Notes: generated by a model not told the origin, from the sequence alone. Numbered from the stretch's first letter, positions 50,737 through 60,703 are shown. The stretch is DNA of 64,000 bases from Candidatus Segatella caccae (GCA_900556395.1 USOQ01000002.1:219-64218); one strand, 5' to 3'. Numbers and translations: made by a program.

Positions 50737-51927
50737 ATGGGACAATTACAAGAAAAATACAAGAATTATCGTGAACCTCAGAAGTACATGGCTGCCGGTG
50801 TGTACCCATACTTCCGTGAGATCACAAGTAAGCAGATGACGGAAGTTACCGATATCGACGGACACAACATTCTGATGTTTGGTTCGAATGCTTATCAGGG
50901 TTTAACCAACGACCAGCGTGTTATCGATGCAGCAAAGGCTGCGTTGGATAAGTATGGTTCTGGTTGTGCAGGAAGCCGTTTCCTCAATGGTACGCTCGAT
51001 CTTCATGTTCAGCTCGAGAAGGAGTTGGCAGAATTTATGCACAAGGATGAGACTCTGTGTTTCTCTACAGGTTTCTCTGTCAACCAGGGCGTCTTGGCTT
51101 GTGTCGTAGGTCGCAACGACTATATCATCTGCGACGACCGTGACCATGCCAGCATCGTAGATGGTCGCCGTCTTTCATTCGCTACTCAGTTGCACTATAA
51201 GCACAATGATATGGAAGACCTGGAGCGTGTGCTCAAGACATTGCCTCAGGAGGCCATCAAGCTCATCGTTGTCGATGGCGTGTTCTCTATGGAGGGCGAC
51301 TTGGCCAACCTGCCAGAGATTGTCAAGTTGAAGCACAAGTACAACTGCTCCATCATGGTGGACGAGGCTCATGGCCTGGGTGTGTTTGGCAAGCAGGGAC
51401 GTGGCGTATGCGATCACTTTGGTCTTACCGACGAGGTCGACCTCATCATGGGTACATTCTCCAAGAGTCTGGCGTCTATCGGTGGTTTCATCGCATCAGA
51501 CAAGGACACCATCAACTTCCTGCGTCATTCTTGCCGTACCTATATCTTCAGTGCATCCAACACTCCAGCAGCCACAGCAGCAGCCTTGGAGGCTCTTCAC
51601 ATCATTCAGAACGAGCCAGAGCGCTTCGAGCAGTTGTGGGATGTTACCAACTACGCCCTGAAGCGTTTCCGTGAGGAAGGTTTCGAGATTGGCGAGACAG
51701 AGAGTCCTATCATTCCTCTCTATGTGCGCGATGCTATGAAGACTTTCGAGGTTACCAAGAAGGCTTACGACCGTGGCGTGTTCATCAACCCCGTTATTCC
51801 TCCTGCCTGTGCCCCACAGGACACATTGGTACGTTTCGCTTTGATGGCTACTCACACCAAGGAGCAGGTAGAGCGCGGTGTTCAGATCTTGAAGGAAGTC
51901 TTCGTAGAAGAAGGCGTCATCAAGTAA
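50737..51927 (+). CDS. spt: Serine palmitoyltransferase (alpha-oxoamine synthase family)
   Basis: GVYPYFR, GSGCAGSRFLNGT, DEAHG, GTFSKS (PLP Lys); recognised as Bacteroidales SPT type. Confidence 0.82.
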   Translation: MGQLQEKYKNYREPQKYMAAGVYPYFREITSKQMTEVTDIDGHNILMFGSNAYQGLTNDQRVIDAAKAALDKYGSGCAGSRFLNGTLDLHVQLEKELAEFMHKDETLCFSTGFSVNQGVLACVVGRNDYIICDDRDHASIVDGRRLSFATQLHYKHNDMEDLERVLKTLPQEAIKLIVVDGVFSMEGDLANLPEIVKLKHKYNCSIMVDEAHGLGVFGKQGRGVCDHFGLTDEVDLIMGTFSKSLASIGGFIASDKDTINFLRHSCRTYIFSASNTPAATAAALEALHIIQNEPERFEQLWDVTNYALKRFREEGFEIGETESPIIPLYVRDAMKTFEVTKKAYDRGVFINPVIPPACAPQDTLVRFALMATHTKEQVERGVQILKEVFVEEGVIK

Positions 51928-51959
51928 GCACTACTTATTTGGATTATACCTATTTAATA

Positions 51960-52136
51960 TACTCAACTTTCGCAAATGAGGAAGTTAGAGAAGTTAAAGG
52001 AGGTTAGAGGAGTTAAAGCCCTATGCTTTTGTGGACTTAATATTCCTTTCAAGGCTATTGGCTATAACTTCTAACGACCGAAGGGAGTGATAACTTCTTT
52101 AACTACTATAACCTCTGTACAAGCGAAACTTCGGTA
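51960..52136 (+). repeat. Dispersed repeat family copy D
   Basis: TACTCAACTTTCGCAAATGAGGAAGTTAGAG...AAGGCTATTGGCTATAACTTCTAACGACCGAAGGGAGTGATAACTTCTTTAACT...GCGAAACTT. Confidence 0.85.
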
Positions 52137-52153
52137 ATATATATATTGAGAGA

Positions 52154-52185
52154 GGCAGCCCTTCAAACCAAGGGCTGCCTTTTTA
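52154..52185 (+). terminator. Intrinsic terminator after spt
   Basis: AGGCAGCCCTT-n6-AAGGGCTGCCT-TTTT. Confidence 0.8.
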
Positions 52186-52286
52186 GAAGATAGGCCTCTT
52201 ATGAGAGTGCCATCGGTCAACCCATTCGATGCTTGGCTGCCATCAGCAGTCCCAAGAATCACGAAACCCAGTAAACAACAAAAGAT

Positions 52287-54251
52287 ATGATTTCAGTAGA
52301 AGGCTTGAAAGTCGAGTTTGGGGTGAAGCCCCTCTTCCATGACGTGAGCTTTGTCATCAACGACCGTGACCGCATAGCCTTGGTGGGCAAGAACGGAGCG
52401 GGCAAGTCAACGATGCTCAAGATACTGTGTGGCATGCAGAAGCCTACAGACGGCGTTGTGGCTATCCCCAATGAGACCACTATAGGCTACCTGCCACAGG
52501 TAATGAAGTTGCAAGACGATACCACGGTGAAGGATGAAACCCGCAAGGCCTTTGCTCATAACACAGAGATGAAGGCACGTCTCGACAAGATGCAGCAAGA
52601 GATGGCCGACCGTACCGACTACGAGAGCGAATCCTATGCCCAGTTGGTGGAGAAGTTTACCCAGGAGCACGACCGCTACATGATGATGGGCGGCGAGAAC
52701 TATGAGGCAGAGATAGAGCGCACGCTTTCAGGTCTCGGCTTCACACGTCAAGACTTAGATCGTCCCACCCGCGAGTTCTCTGGTGGATGGCGTATGCGTA
52801 TTGAGTTGGCTAAGATTCTACTTCAGAAACCCGACGTACTTCTTCTCGACGAGCCTACCAACCATCTCGACATCGAGAGTATACAGTGGTTGGAGCAGTT
52901 TCTTGCGCAGAGCGCCAAGGCGGTGGTTTTGGTGAGCCATGACCGTGCCTTTATTAATAATGTCACCAACCGCACCTTAGAGATCACCTGTGGTAGAGTA
53001 GAAGACTATCGCGTGAAGTATGATGAGTATGTCATGCTTCGTGCCGAGCGTCGTGAGCAGCAGCTCCGTGCCTACGAGAATCAGCAGAAGGAGATTGCCG
53101 ACATCAAGGACTTCATAGAGCGTTTCCGCTACAAGCCCACTAAGGCTGTCCAGGTGCAGAGTCGCATCAAGCAGTTGGAGAAGATTGTTCCCATCGAGGT
53201 CGATGAGGTCGACAACAAGCAGATGCACCTCAAGTTTCCCCCCTGTCTGCGCAGTGGCGACTATCCCATTATCTGCGACGAGTTGCGCAAGGACTATGGC
53301 GAACATACCGTCTTCGACCACGTCACCCTTACCATCAAGCGAGGTGAGAAGGTGGCTTTCGTCGGTAAGAATGGCGAAGGTAAGTCTACCTTGGTGAAGT
53401 GTATCATGGGCGAGATTCCCTTTACGGGAACCCTGAAGATAGGTCACAATGTGCAGATAGGTTATTTTGCTCAGAATCAAGCACAGCTCCTCGACGAACG
53501 TCTCACCATCTTCCAGACCATAGACCAAGTGGCTACGGGCGATATGCGCCTCAAGGTAAACGACCTTTTGGGAGCCTTTATGTTTGGTGGCGAGACCTCC
53601 GAGAAGTTTGTGAAGGTGCTCAGCGGAGGCGAGCGCAGTCGTCTGGCGATGATCAAGTTGCTGCTCGAACCCGTCAACCTTCTCATCCTCGATGAGCCTA
53701 CCAATCACCTCGACATGCAGTCGAAAGATGTCCTCAAGGAAGCCATCAAGGCCTTCGATGGCACCGCCATCATCGTGAGCCACGACCGCGAGTTCCTCGA
53801 CGGGTTGGTAGATAAGGTGTACGAGTTTGGTGGCGGTAAGGTACGCGAACACTTAGGTGGCATCTACGACTATCTGCGTGCTCACAATGCCGAGACCATC
53901 CAGGCAGCGCTTTCTAAGGAAGAGTCCCCTGTGGGTAGCTCTTTGTCTAAAACACAGCAGGCTGATCCTGCTCCTGCCGATTCGGGAGCCTTGTCTAAGA
54001 AACAGAGCTACGCCGAGCACAAGGAGCAACAGAAGAAAATCCGCAAGGCCGAGAAGGCGGTGAAAGACTGCGAACAGCGCATCGCCACCTTAGAGAAGCG
54101 TAAGAAAGAAATAGACGACTTGCTGATGAAGCCCGAGAATGCCACCAACATGGAACTCGTCACCGAGTACTCCGCACTGATGCAGAAACTCGATGAGGAG
54201 AACGACTCTTGGCTCATTCTCTCAGAGGAACTCGAAGAGGTATCGGCATAG
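52287..54251 (+). CDS. ABC-F family ATPase (ribosome-associated)
   Basis: Two ABC domains (GKNGAGKST, FSGGW, LDEPTNHLD; GKNGEGKST, LSGGE), no TM, C-terminal coiled coil. Confidence 0.92.
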   Translation: MISVEGLKVEFGVKPLFHDVSFVINDRDRIALVGKNGAGKSTMLKILCGMQKPTDGVVAIPNETTIGYLPQVMKLQDDTTVKDETRKAFAHNTEMKARLDKMQQEMADRTDYESESYAQLVEKFTQEHDRYMMMGGENYEAEIERTLSGLGFTRQDLDRPTREFSGGWRMRIELAKILLQKPDVLLLDEPTNHLDIESIQWLEQFLAQSAKAVVLVSHDRAFINNVTNRTLEITCGRVEDYRVKYDEYVMLRAERREQQLRAYENQQKEIADIKDFIERFRYKPTKAVQVQSRIKQLEKIVPIEVDEVDNKQMHLKFPPCLRSGDYPIICDELRKDYGEHTVFDHVTLTIKRGEKVAFVGKNGEGKSTLVKCIMGEIPFTGTLKIGHNVQIGYFAQNQAQLLDERLTIFQTIDQVATGDMRLKVNDLLGAFMFGGETSEKFVKVLSGGERSRLAMIKLLLEPVNLLILDEPTNHLDMQSKDVLKEAIKAFDGTAIIVSHDREFLDGLVDKVYEFGGGKVREHLGGIYDYLRAHNAETIQAALSKEESPVGSSLSKTQQADPAPADSGALSKKQSYAEHKEQQKKIRKAEKAVKDCEQRIATLEKRKKEIDDLLMKPENATNMELVTEYSALMQKLDEENDSWLILSEELEEVSA

Positions 54252-54302
54252 ACGGTCACCCCAGTTTAGTGATAGTATCAATAACCCAATAATTATAACA
54301 AA

Positions 54303-56336
54303 ATGAACATGAAGATGATTATCCCGATGATGATGATTGCAGCCATGCCTATGGCAGCAGACGCACAAAACAAGTCGGGACTTGTCATGAGCAATCTTGA
54401 CAAGACTGCCAAGCCTGCCGACAATTTCTACCAGTTTGCTACTGGTGGCTGGCAGAAGAACAATCCCCTGCCAGCAGCTTACAGCCGCTATGGTAGTTTC
54501 GACCAGTTGCAGGAAAACAACAACAAGCGCATCAACAGCATCTTGAGCGAGTTGCAGAAGAAAACCTACAAGAAAGGTAGCATCGAGCAGAAACTGTCCG
54601 ACTTCTATAAGTTGGCAATGGATGTAGACCGCCGCAACCAGGAAGGCATCGCACCAGTGAAGCCTTTGCTCGAAGAAATCACAGCAGCCCAGACCAAGGA
54701 CGACTTGCAGAAACTGCAGTTGAAGTATGCTTGGATGGGACTCGGCTTGAGCTATGGTGCAGGCTTCGGAGCCGATGAGAAGAATGTCACTCAGAACATC
54801 TACAACCTCATGCAGGGCGGTCTTACCCTTGGCGCCAAGGACTACTACCTCAACAACGATGCTGCCACAGTAGCCATCCGTGAGGCTTATAAGGCTTATC
54901 TTGCCAAGATGTTCCAGCTCTATGGCTTCTCTGCAGCCGATGCCAGCCAGTATGCACAGGCCGTCTTCTTGCACGAAACCAGTCTGGCCATCGTCTCTAA
55001 GAGTCGCACCGAGTTGCGCGACCCGCAGGCCAACTACAACAAGACTACACTCAAGCAGTTCCAGGAGGACTATCCCAATATTCCTCTCGAAGCCTTGGCC
55101 AACGGCGAGGGCATCAAGAGCGAGTACATCCAGGAAATCGTCATCGGTCAGCCAGCCTTCTTTGCAGCTTACGACAAGCTCTCTGCTGCCGAGAACGCAT
55201 CTACCCTTAAAGCCCTGATGCTTTGGAGTGTTATCCGCAGCTCTTCGTCTTATCTCACCGACGAGATTCGTGAGGCCAACTTCGACTTCTTCGGCAAGAC
55301 CATGAGTGGCCGTCAGGAAGACTATCCTCTCTGGAAGCGTGCCACCAATCAGGTGGAGAACCAGATGGGCGAAGCTTTAGGTCGCATCTACTGCAAGAAG
55401 TTCTTCCCCGAGACTTCTAAGAAGATGATGGAGACCTTGGTAAAGAATCTGCAGATAAGCCTGGGCGAGCGTATCGATGCGCAGACCTGGATGAGCGATG
55501 CCACCAAGGCTGCCGCCCACAACAAACTCAACAAGTTCTATGTCAAGATAGGCTATCCCAACAAGTGGACCGATTATAGCTTGCTCACCATCGACCCTTC
55601 TAAGAGCTTCTACGAGAATGTGTTGGCTTGCCGCAAGTTTGCCAACGACAAAGAGATAGCCGAGAAGGCTGGCAAGCCTGTTGATGGAGATGAGTGGTAT
55701 ATGAATCCACAGACCGTTAATGCTTACTACAATCCTACCACCAACGAGATTTGTTTCCCTGCCGGTATCTTGCAGTATCCTTTCTTTGATGCCAAGGCAG
55801 ATGAGGCATTCAACTATGGTGCCATCGGTGTGGTGATAGGTCATGAGATGACGCACGGCTTCGACGATCAGGGTCGACAGTATGATGCCAGCGGCAACCT
55901 GCAGGACTGGTGGACAGCCGAAGATGCCAAGGGCTTCAACCAGCGTGCAGACATGTATGCCAACTTCTTCAGCAATATCAAGGTGCTTCCCGACCTCCAT
56001 GCCAACGGCCGTTTCACCCTGGGTGAGAACCTTGCCGACCATGGTGGTCTAATGGTAGCCTTTAATGCCTTGAAGAACGCCACAGCCAAGAAACCTCTCA
56101 AGAACAAGGACGGTTTCACTCCAGCTCAGCGCTTCTTCCTCGCTTATGCAGGTGTCTGGGGACAGCACATCACAGAGAAGGAGATTCGTCAACGTGTTAA
56201 GAACGACCCTCACTCTTTGGGTAGATGGCGTGTCGACGGAGCTCTTCCACACATCGATGCTTGGTATGAAGCCTTCGATGTAAAGCCAGGCGACAAAATG
56301 TTCATTCCTAAGAGTGAGCGCCTCGAACTTTGGTAA
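54303..56336 (+). CDS. M13 metallopeptidase (PepO/neprilysin-like), secreted
   Basis: VNAYY, HEMTHGFD, GENLAD, DPHS. Confidence 0.93.
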   Translation: MNMKMIIPMMMIAAMPMAADAQNKSGLVMSNLDKTAKPADNFYQFATGGWQKNNPLPAAYSRYGSFDQLQENNNKRINSILSELQKKTYKKGSIEQKLSDFYKLAMDVDRRNQEGIAPVKPLLEEITAAQTKDDLQKLQLKYAWMGLGLSYGAGFGADEKNVTQNIYNLMQGGLTLGAKDYYLNNDAATVAIREAYKAYLAKMFQLYGFSAADASQYAQAVFLHETSLAIVSKSRTELRDPQANYNKTTLKQFQEDYPNIPLEALANGEGIKSEYIQEIVIGQPAFFAAYDKLSAAENASTLKALMLWSVIRSSSSYLTDEIREANFDFFGKTMSGRQEDYPLWKRATNQVENQMGEALGRIYCKKFFPETSKKMMETLVKNLQISLGERIDAQTWMSDATKAAAHNKLNKFYVKIGYPNKWTDYSLLTIDPSKSFYENVLACRKFANDKEIAEKAGKPVDGDEWYMNPQTVNAYYNPTTNEICFPAGILQYPFFDAKADEAFNYGAIGVVIGHEMTHGFDDQGRQYDASGNLQDWWTAEDAKGFNQRADMYANFFSNIKVLPDLHANGRFTLGENLADHGGLMVAFNALKNATAKKPLKNKDGFTPAQRFFLAYAGVWGQHITEKEIRQRVKNDPHSLGRWRVDGALPHIDAWYEAFDVKPGDKMFIPKSERLELW

Positions 56337-56337
56337 T

Positions 56338-56480
56338 ATCTCTACTTTTGCAAATGGGGGAGTTAAGGAGTTAAGAAGTTAAGGAGTTCCCTCTAAGGCT
56401 ATTGGCTTTAACTTCTAACGACCGAAGGGAGTGATAACTTCTTTAACTTCTATAACTTCCCCACACGAGAAAGTTGAATA
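56338..56480 (+). repeat. Dispersed repeat family copy E
   Basis: TCTACTTTTGCAAATGGGGGAGTTAAGGAGTTAAG...AAGGCTATTGGCTTTAACTTCTAACGACCGAAGGGAGTGATAACTTCTTTAACT...GAAAGTTGAATA. Confidence 0.85.
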
Positions 56481-56486
56481 ATATAC

Positions 56487-56527
56487 AAAAAGAAGGATGC
56501 CGAAAGAAATTTTGGCATCCTTTTTTC
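56487..56527 (+). terminator. Intrinsic terminator after M13 peptidase
   Basis: AAGGATGCCGAAA-GAAA-TTTTGGCATCCTT-TTTT. Confidence 0.8.
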
Positions 56528-56582
56528 ATTATCTCATTGAAAAAGTGTATTTTTGCACAAAAATAGAGAAAGGATTTGTACA

Positions 56583-57500
56583 ATGCCATTAAGATTGCCA
56601 GATAAATTACCAGCCATAGAGCTGCTGAAGCACGAGAACATCTTCGTCATGGACGAGAGTAGGGCGCATAGTCAGGAGATCAGACCGCTACGTATTGTCG
56701 TGCTCAACCTCATGCCGCTGAAGATTACCACCGAGACCGACCTCGTCCGACTTCTCTCCAACACCCCTCTACAGATAGAGGTTTTCTTTATGAAGTTGAA
56801 GAGTCATACCCCTAAGAATACTCCCATAGAACACATGATGATGTTCTATAAAGACTTCTCCGAACTTTCCAAGCAGAAGTTTGATGGTATGATTGTCACG
56901 GGTGCTCCCATAGAGACGATGGCTTATGAGGAGGTAGAGTACTGGCCCGAGATACAGCAAATCTTCGACTGGGCTCGCACCCATGTCACCTCTACACTCT
57001 ATATCTGTTGGGGAGCTCAGGCAGGTCTTTACCATTTTTATGGTGTACCTAAGCATCCTCTCGATAAGAAGATGTTTGGCATCTTTCAGCAGAAGGCACT
57101 CGATATGTCCCTCCCCATCTTCCGAGGCTTCGACGATAGGTTTGCCATGCCGCAGAGCCGTCACACCGAGGTTCGCCGTGAGGACATTGAGAAAGTGCCA
57201 GGCCTCGACATCATAGCCGAGTCGCCAGAGAGTGGTGTGAGCATCGTCATGGCCCGTGGTGGTCGTGAATTCTTCGTTACAGGTCATTTAGAATATGCTC
57301 CCAATACGCTCGACAAAGAATATCGCCGCGATTTAGGTAAGCGCGATGATGTAGATTTGCCCAAGAACTATTATGAGCACGACGATCCCAACAATGCACC
57401 CATGGTGACTTGGCGCGCACATGCCAACCTGTTCTATAGCAACTGGATCAACTATTACGTTTACCAGGAGACACCTTATAATATTGATGACATCAAGTAA
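56583..57500 (+). CDS. metA: Homoserine O-acyltransferase (MetA family, probably acetyl-CoA type)
   Basis: LNLMP, TGAPIE, ICWGAQA, PQSRH, GHLEY. Confidence 0.92.
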   Translation: MPLRLPDKLPAIELLKHENIFVMDESRAHSQEIRPLRIVVLNLMPLKITTETDLVRLLSNTPLQIEVFFMKLKSHTPKNTPIEHMMMFYKDFSELSKQKFDGMIVTGAPIETMAYEEVEYWPEIQQIFDWARTHVTSTLYICWGAQAGLYHFYGVPKHPLDKKMFGIFQQKALDMSLPIFRGFDDRFAMPQSRHTEVRREDIEKVPGLDIIAESPESGVSIVMARGGREFFVTGHLEYAPNTLDKEYRRDLGKRDDVDLPKNYYEHDDPNNAPMVTWRAHANLFYSNWINYYVYQETPYNIDDIK

Positions 57501-57522
57501 ACGCGAAAGCGACCAACGAAGA

Positions 57523-59475
57523 ATGAGAACATTGGAATTATTGGCACCTGCCAAAAATTTAGAATGTGGTATCGCAGCCATCGACCATGGCGCTGATGCC
57601 GTATATATCGGAGCACCTAAGTTTGGTGCTCGTGCGGCTGCGGGCAACTCGATAGAGGATATCCGGCAGCTGTGCGACTATGCCCATCAGTATCATGCCA
57701 AGGTGCATGTTACGGTCAACACCATTATCTACGATTCAGAAATCAAGGACACCTTGCTGATGATCCGGCAGTTGCAGTCTGCTGGCGTTGATGCCTTACT
57801 GCTGCAGGACATGGGTGTACTCTTTGCCTTGCAGGGCGAGGGTCCTTTGGCTACAGATTTCAAATGGTCGGAGTTTCTACATTCCAGCACACAGTGCGAC
57901 ACACGAACAGCCGACAAAGTGAAGTGGCTCCAGTCGTTGGGCTTCCATCGGGCAGTGCTGGCTCGCGAACTCTCTGTCAAGGAGATAGAGGCCATTCATG
58001 CTGCCGTGCCCGATATGGAACTCGAGGTGTTTGTCCATGGTGCCCTTTGTGTGTGCTATTCAGGTGTGTGCTATGCGTCAGAATATTGTTTCGACCGCTC
58101 TGCCAATAGGGGAGAGTGTGCGCAGTTCTGTCGTATGAAGTTCGATCTTCTTGATGCCAACGGCCAGGAGATAGAGCATCAGCGCCATCTGCTCTCCCTC
58201 AAGGATATGTGTCAGATAGACCATTTGGAGGCATTGGCTGATGCAGGTGCCTGCTCGTTCAAGATAGAAGGTCGGTTAAAGGATGTCGACTATGTAAAGA
58301 ATGTGGTGGCAGCTTACAGCCAGCGCCTTGACGAGATTTGTCGGAAGCGTCCTGGAGAGTATGAGCGTCCTTCGTTGGGTAGACCTCGTTATGCTTTCGA
58401 GCCCAACCTAAAGAAGACCTTCAATCGCGGTTTTACCAATTATTTCCTGCGTGGCAGACAGATAGACATCACCTCCTTTGATACTCCGAAGGCCATCGGT
58501 GAGTATGTGGGTAAGGTGAAGGAGTTGCGTGGCAACAGTTTCAATGTGGCTTCTGTATCGAGTTTTGCCAATGGCGATGGCTTGTGCTTCATCAATGATG
58601 AGCGCGAGTTAGAGGGCTTCCGTGTCAACCGTGCAGAGGGCAACCGTCTCTTTCCTTTAGAGATGCCTCGCCATCTGCGTCCCGGTGTTGCGCTCTATCG
58701 CAACAATGATGTGGCTTTCGGCAAACTGTTGGCAGGCAAGACTGCAGAACGAAAGATTCCTGTCAAGATAGTCTTCGACTTGTACGATGAGGCTGGAACG
58801 AGTGGATTCTCTGCCAAAGCCTATTACTGTAAGGAGCAGGGAAAGACCTCTTTCGTTAGTGGTGATACGGAGGAAAGTGCCTCTTTGCAATATATGGCGA
58901 CAGAAGTTGTTGCCTTCGAGCATAGCATAGCGAAAAAGCCGCAGCGCGACAACATCATCAAGCAACTCAGCAAGTTGGGTGGCACCATCTATGAGTGCCT
59001 TGAGGTAGAGATTCGCAACGATGCCGATCTGTATTTCATCCCCAGCAGCGTGCTTACCGACTTGCGCCGTTCTTTGGTGTCATCGTCGTTGAGAACAGGC
59101 ATAGCCCAAGAGTCTTCTCATGCTGAGGCTCCTTGTGACACACCATCGTCTGTGAAGGCATGGCAACCAGAATATGCTCAGTACAGCTATCTCTACAATA
59201 TCGCCAATCAGAGTGCCTGCACTTTCTATCAGGCACATGGCATGGCGAAGGCAGACTACGCTTTCGAGCTTCGCAATGAGGCAGAGAGGCAGGATGATGT
59301 TCTGCTGATGCAGTGCCGTCATTGTCTGCGTTATTCGTTGGGATATTGTGTGAAGCGAGGTGGGCGCAAGCCTACATGGAAGGAACCTCTCTTCCTTCGT
59401 TTGGGCGATGGCAGGAAGTTCCGCTTGCAGTTTGCTTGCAACGAGTGTCAGATGAATGTGTATTCTGAACGTTAA
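57523..59475 (+). CDS. U32-family protein with long C-terminus (RlhA-like rRNA hydroxylation factor)
   Basis: ELLAPA, GADAVY, HGALCVCYSG.C, NRGECAQFCR, FKIEGR. Confidence 0.82.
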   Translation: MRTLELLAPAKNLECGIAAIDHGADAVYIGAPKFGARAAAGNSIEDIRQLCDYAHQYHAKVHVTVNTIIYDSEIKDTLLMIRQLQSAGVDALLLQDMGVLFALQGEGPLATDFKWSEFLHSSTQCDTRTADKVKWLQSLGFHRAVLARELSVKEIEAIHAAVPDMELEVFVHGALCVCYSGVCYASEYCFDRSANRGECAQFCRMKFDLLDANGQEIEHQRHLLSLKDMCQIDHLEALADAGACSFKIEGRLKDVDYVKNVVAAYSQRLDEICRKRPGEYERPSLGRPRYAFEPNLKKTFNRGFTNYFLRGRQIDITSFDTPKAIGEYVGKVKELRGNSFNVASVSSFANGDGLCFINDERELEGFRVNRAEGNRLFPLEMPRHLRPGVALYRNNDVAFGKLLAGKTAERKIPVKIVFDLYDEAGTSGFSAKAYYCKEQGKTSFVSGDTEESASLQYMATEVVAFEHSIAKKPQRDNIIKQLSKLGGTIYECLEVEIRNDADLYFIPSSVLTDLRRSLVSSSLRTGIAQESSHAEAPCDTPSSVKAWQPEYAQYSYLYNIANQSACTFYQAHGMAKADYAFELRNEAERQDDVLLMQCRHCLRYSLGYCVKRGGRKPTWKEPLFLRLGDGRKFRLQFACNECQMNVYSER

Positions 59476-59563
59476 AACGTCTTGCTTATGGGCGGGCAAG
59501 ATGCCACGCCCTCCCCAGTGTAAGTCTGTCATGGTGAGAAAAGGTGCGTGAAAACAAAAAGAT

Positions 59564-60490
59564 ATGAATAAAGAAAAACGATATTCTTGGATTACCTGTT
59601 GTCTGTTGGGCATGTTGTTGCTGCTCAGCGGTTGCTATCATCGTCATAGTACTAAGGTTCAGCATGCAGCGCTGATAGAGTACAGTGATCGACAGCTCGA
59701 CTCCATCTCCTTTTCCTCTACGCATCATTACACCAACCGATATAACTTTGTTGTCTTCTCCGACTCGCTTATGCTGATACGTCAGCAGCCCGAGGAGTAT
59801 GTCAACCATTTGCGTATCGATTCCTTTGCTGTAAAGAAACACTGTCTGCTGGTGGTTTCCGATATACGCATTATTCCGCAAGACACAGAAGACTCCGTAT
59901 GGGTGCAGTTGGCTACCGAGGAGAATGAGTTTGGCTGGACACATGAGTCTCGTCTGTTGCCTCGTGTTGTTCCCGACGATCCCATCTCTCAGTTCATCCT
60001 CATCTTCAGCAATACCCACCTGCTTATCTTCATGATCGTCATCGTGTTGATTTCAGTGGCTTATCTTGTGCGTAAAATATCTCACAGCAATGCGCATATC
60101 GTTCATTTCAATGACATCGATTCTCCTTATCCCACGGCATTGGTGTTGATGGTGTCGCTCTCTGCGGCATTCTATGCCACCATCCAGTCGTTTGCTCCAG
60201 AGATGTGGCGCCACTTCTATTTCCATCCCACGCTCAATCCCTTTGCCGTTCCCCGTGTGTTGGGTTTCTTTTTGGCATCGGTATGGGCGATATTGATATT
60301 GGCATTGGCTTGCCTCGACGAGGTGAAGCATCGTCTCAGTCTCGGTGATGCCATCTTGTATTTGGGTGGTTTGATGGGTGTTTGTGCTGTCGATTACATC
60401 ATCTTCAGCCTCTGCACTCTCTACTATGTGGGTTATGTCCTCTTGGTTTTCTATTTTTGGTTTGCCATCCACCGTTTCCTACGGCGATGA
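59564..60490 (+). CDS. Hypothetical lipoprotein / multi-pass membrane protein
   Basis: Lipobox LSGC; several C-terminal hydrophobic segments; HFYFHPTLNPF. Confidence 0.75.
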   Translation: MNKEKRYSWITCCLLGMLLLLSGCYHRHSTKVQHAALIEYSDRQLDSISFSSTHHYTNRYNFVVFSDSLMLIRQQPEEYVNHLRIDSFAVKKHCLLVVSDIRIIPQDTEDSVWVQLATEENEFGWTHESRLLPRVVPDDPISQFILIFSNTHLLIFMIVIVLISVAYLVRKISHSNAHIVHFNDIDSPYPTALVLMVSLSAAFYATIQSFAPEMWRHFYFHPTLNPFAVPRVLGFFLASVWAILILALACLDEVKHRLSLGDAILYLGGLMGVCAVDYIIFSLCTLYYVGYVLLVFYFWFAIHRFLRR

Positions 60491-60596
60491 AACGGAATGT
60501 CCTGTAAGAAGTGATAATGTTGAGATGTAAACCCTTCTCAGACAGCAATAATAGCAAATAATCTAAAAAATATTTGGTAGATTGCAAAAAAAACAG

Positions 60597-60604
60597 TAAT
60601 TTTG
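60597..60604 (+). promoter_or_regulatory. -7 promoter element TAATTTTG for tRNA-Arg
   Basis: Consensus about 25 nt upstream of the tRNA. Confidence 0.6.
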
Positions 60605-60628
60605 CATCCGCATTAAGAAACAGAGTAT

Positions 60629-60703
60629 GGTTCCGTAGCTCAGTTGGATTAGAGCAACAGCCTTCTAAGCTGTGGGTCTTGGGTTCGAACCCCAACGGAA
60701 TCA
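60629..60703 (+). tRNA. tRNA-Arg(TCT)
   Basis: Acceptor GGTTCCG/CGGAATC, D-arm AGCTCAGTTGGATTAGAGC, anticodon ACAGC-CTTCTAA-GCTGT, GTTCGAA; CCA not encoded. Confidence 0.95.

Noticed and set aside
52977..53852. 291-aa minus-strand ORF
   Set aside because: Antisense shadow of the ABC-F gene.
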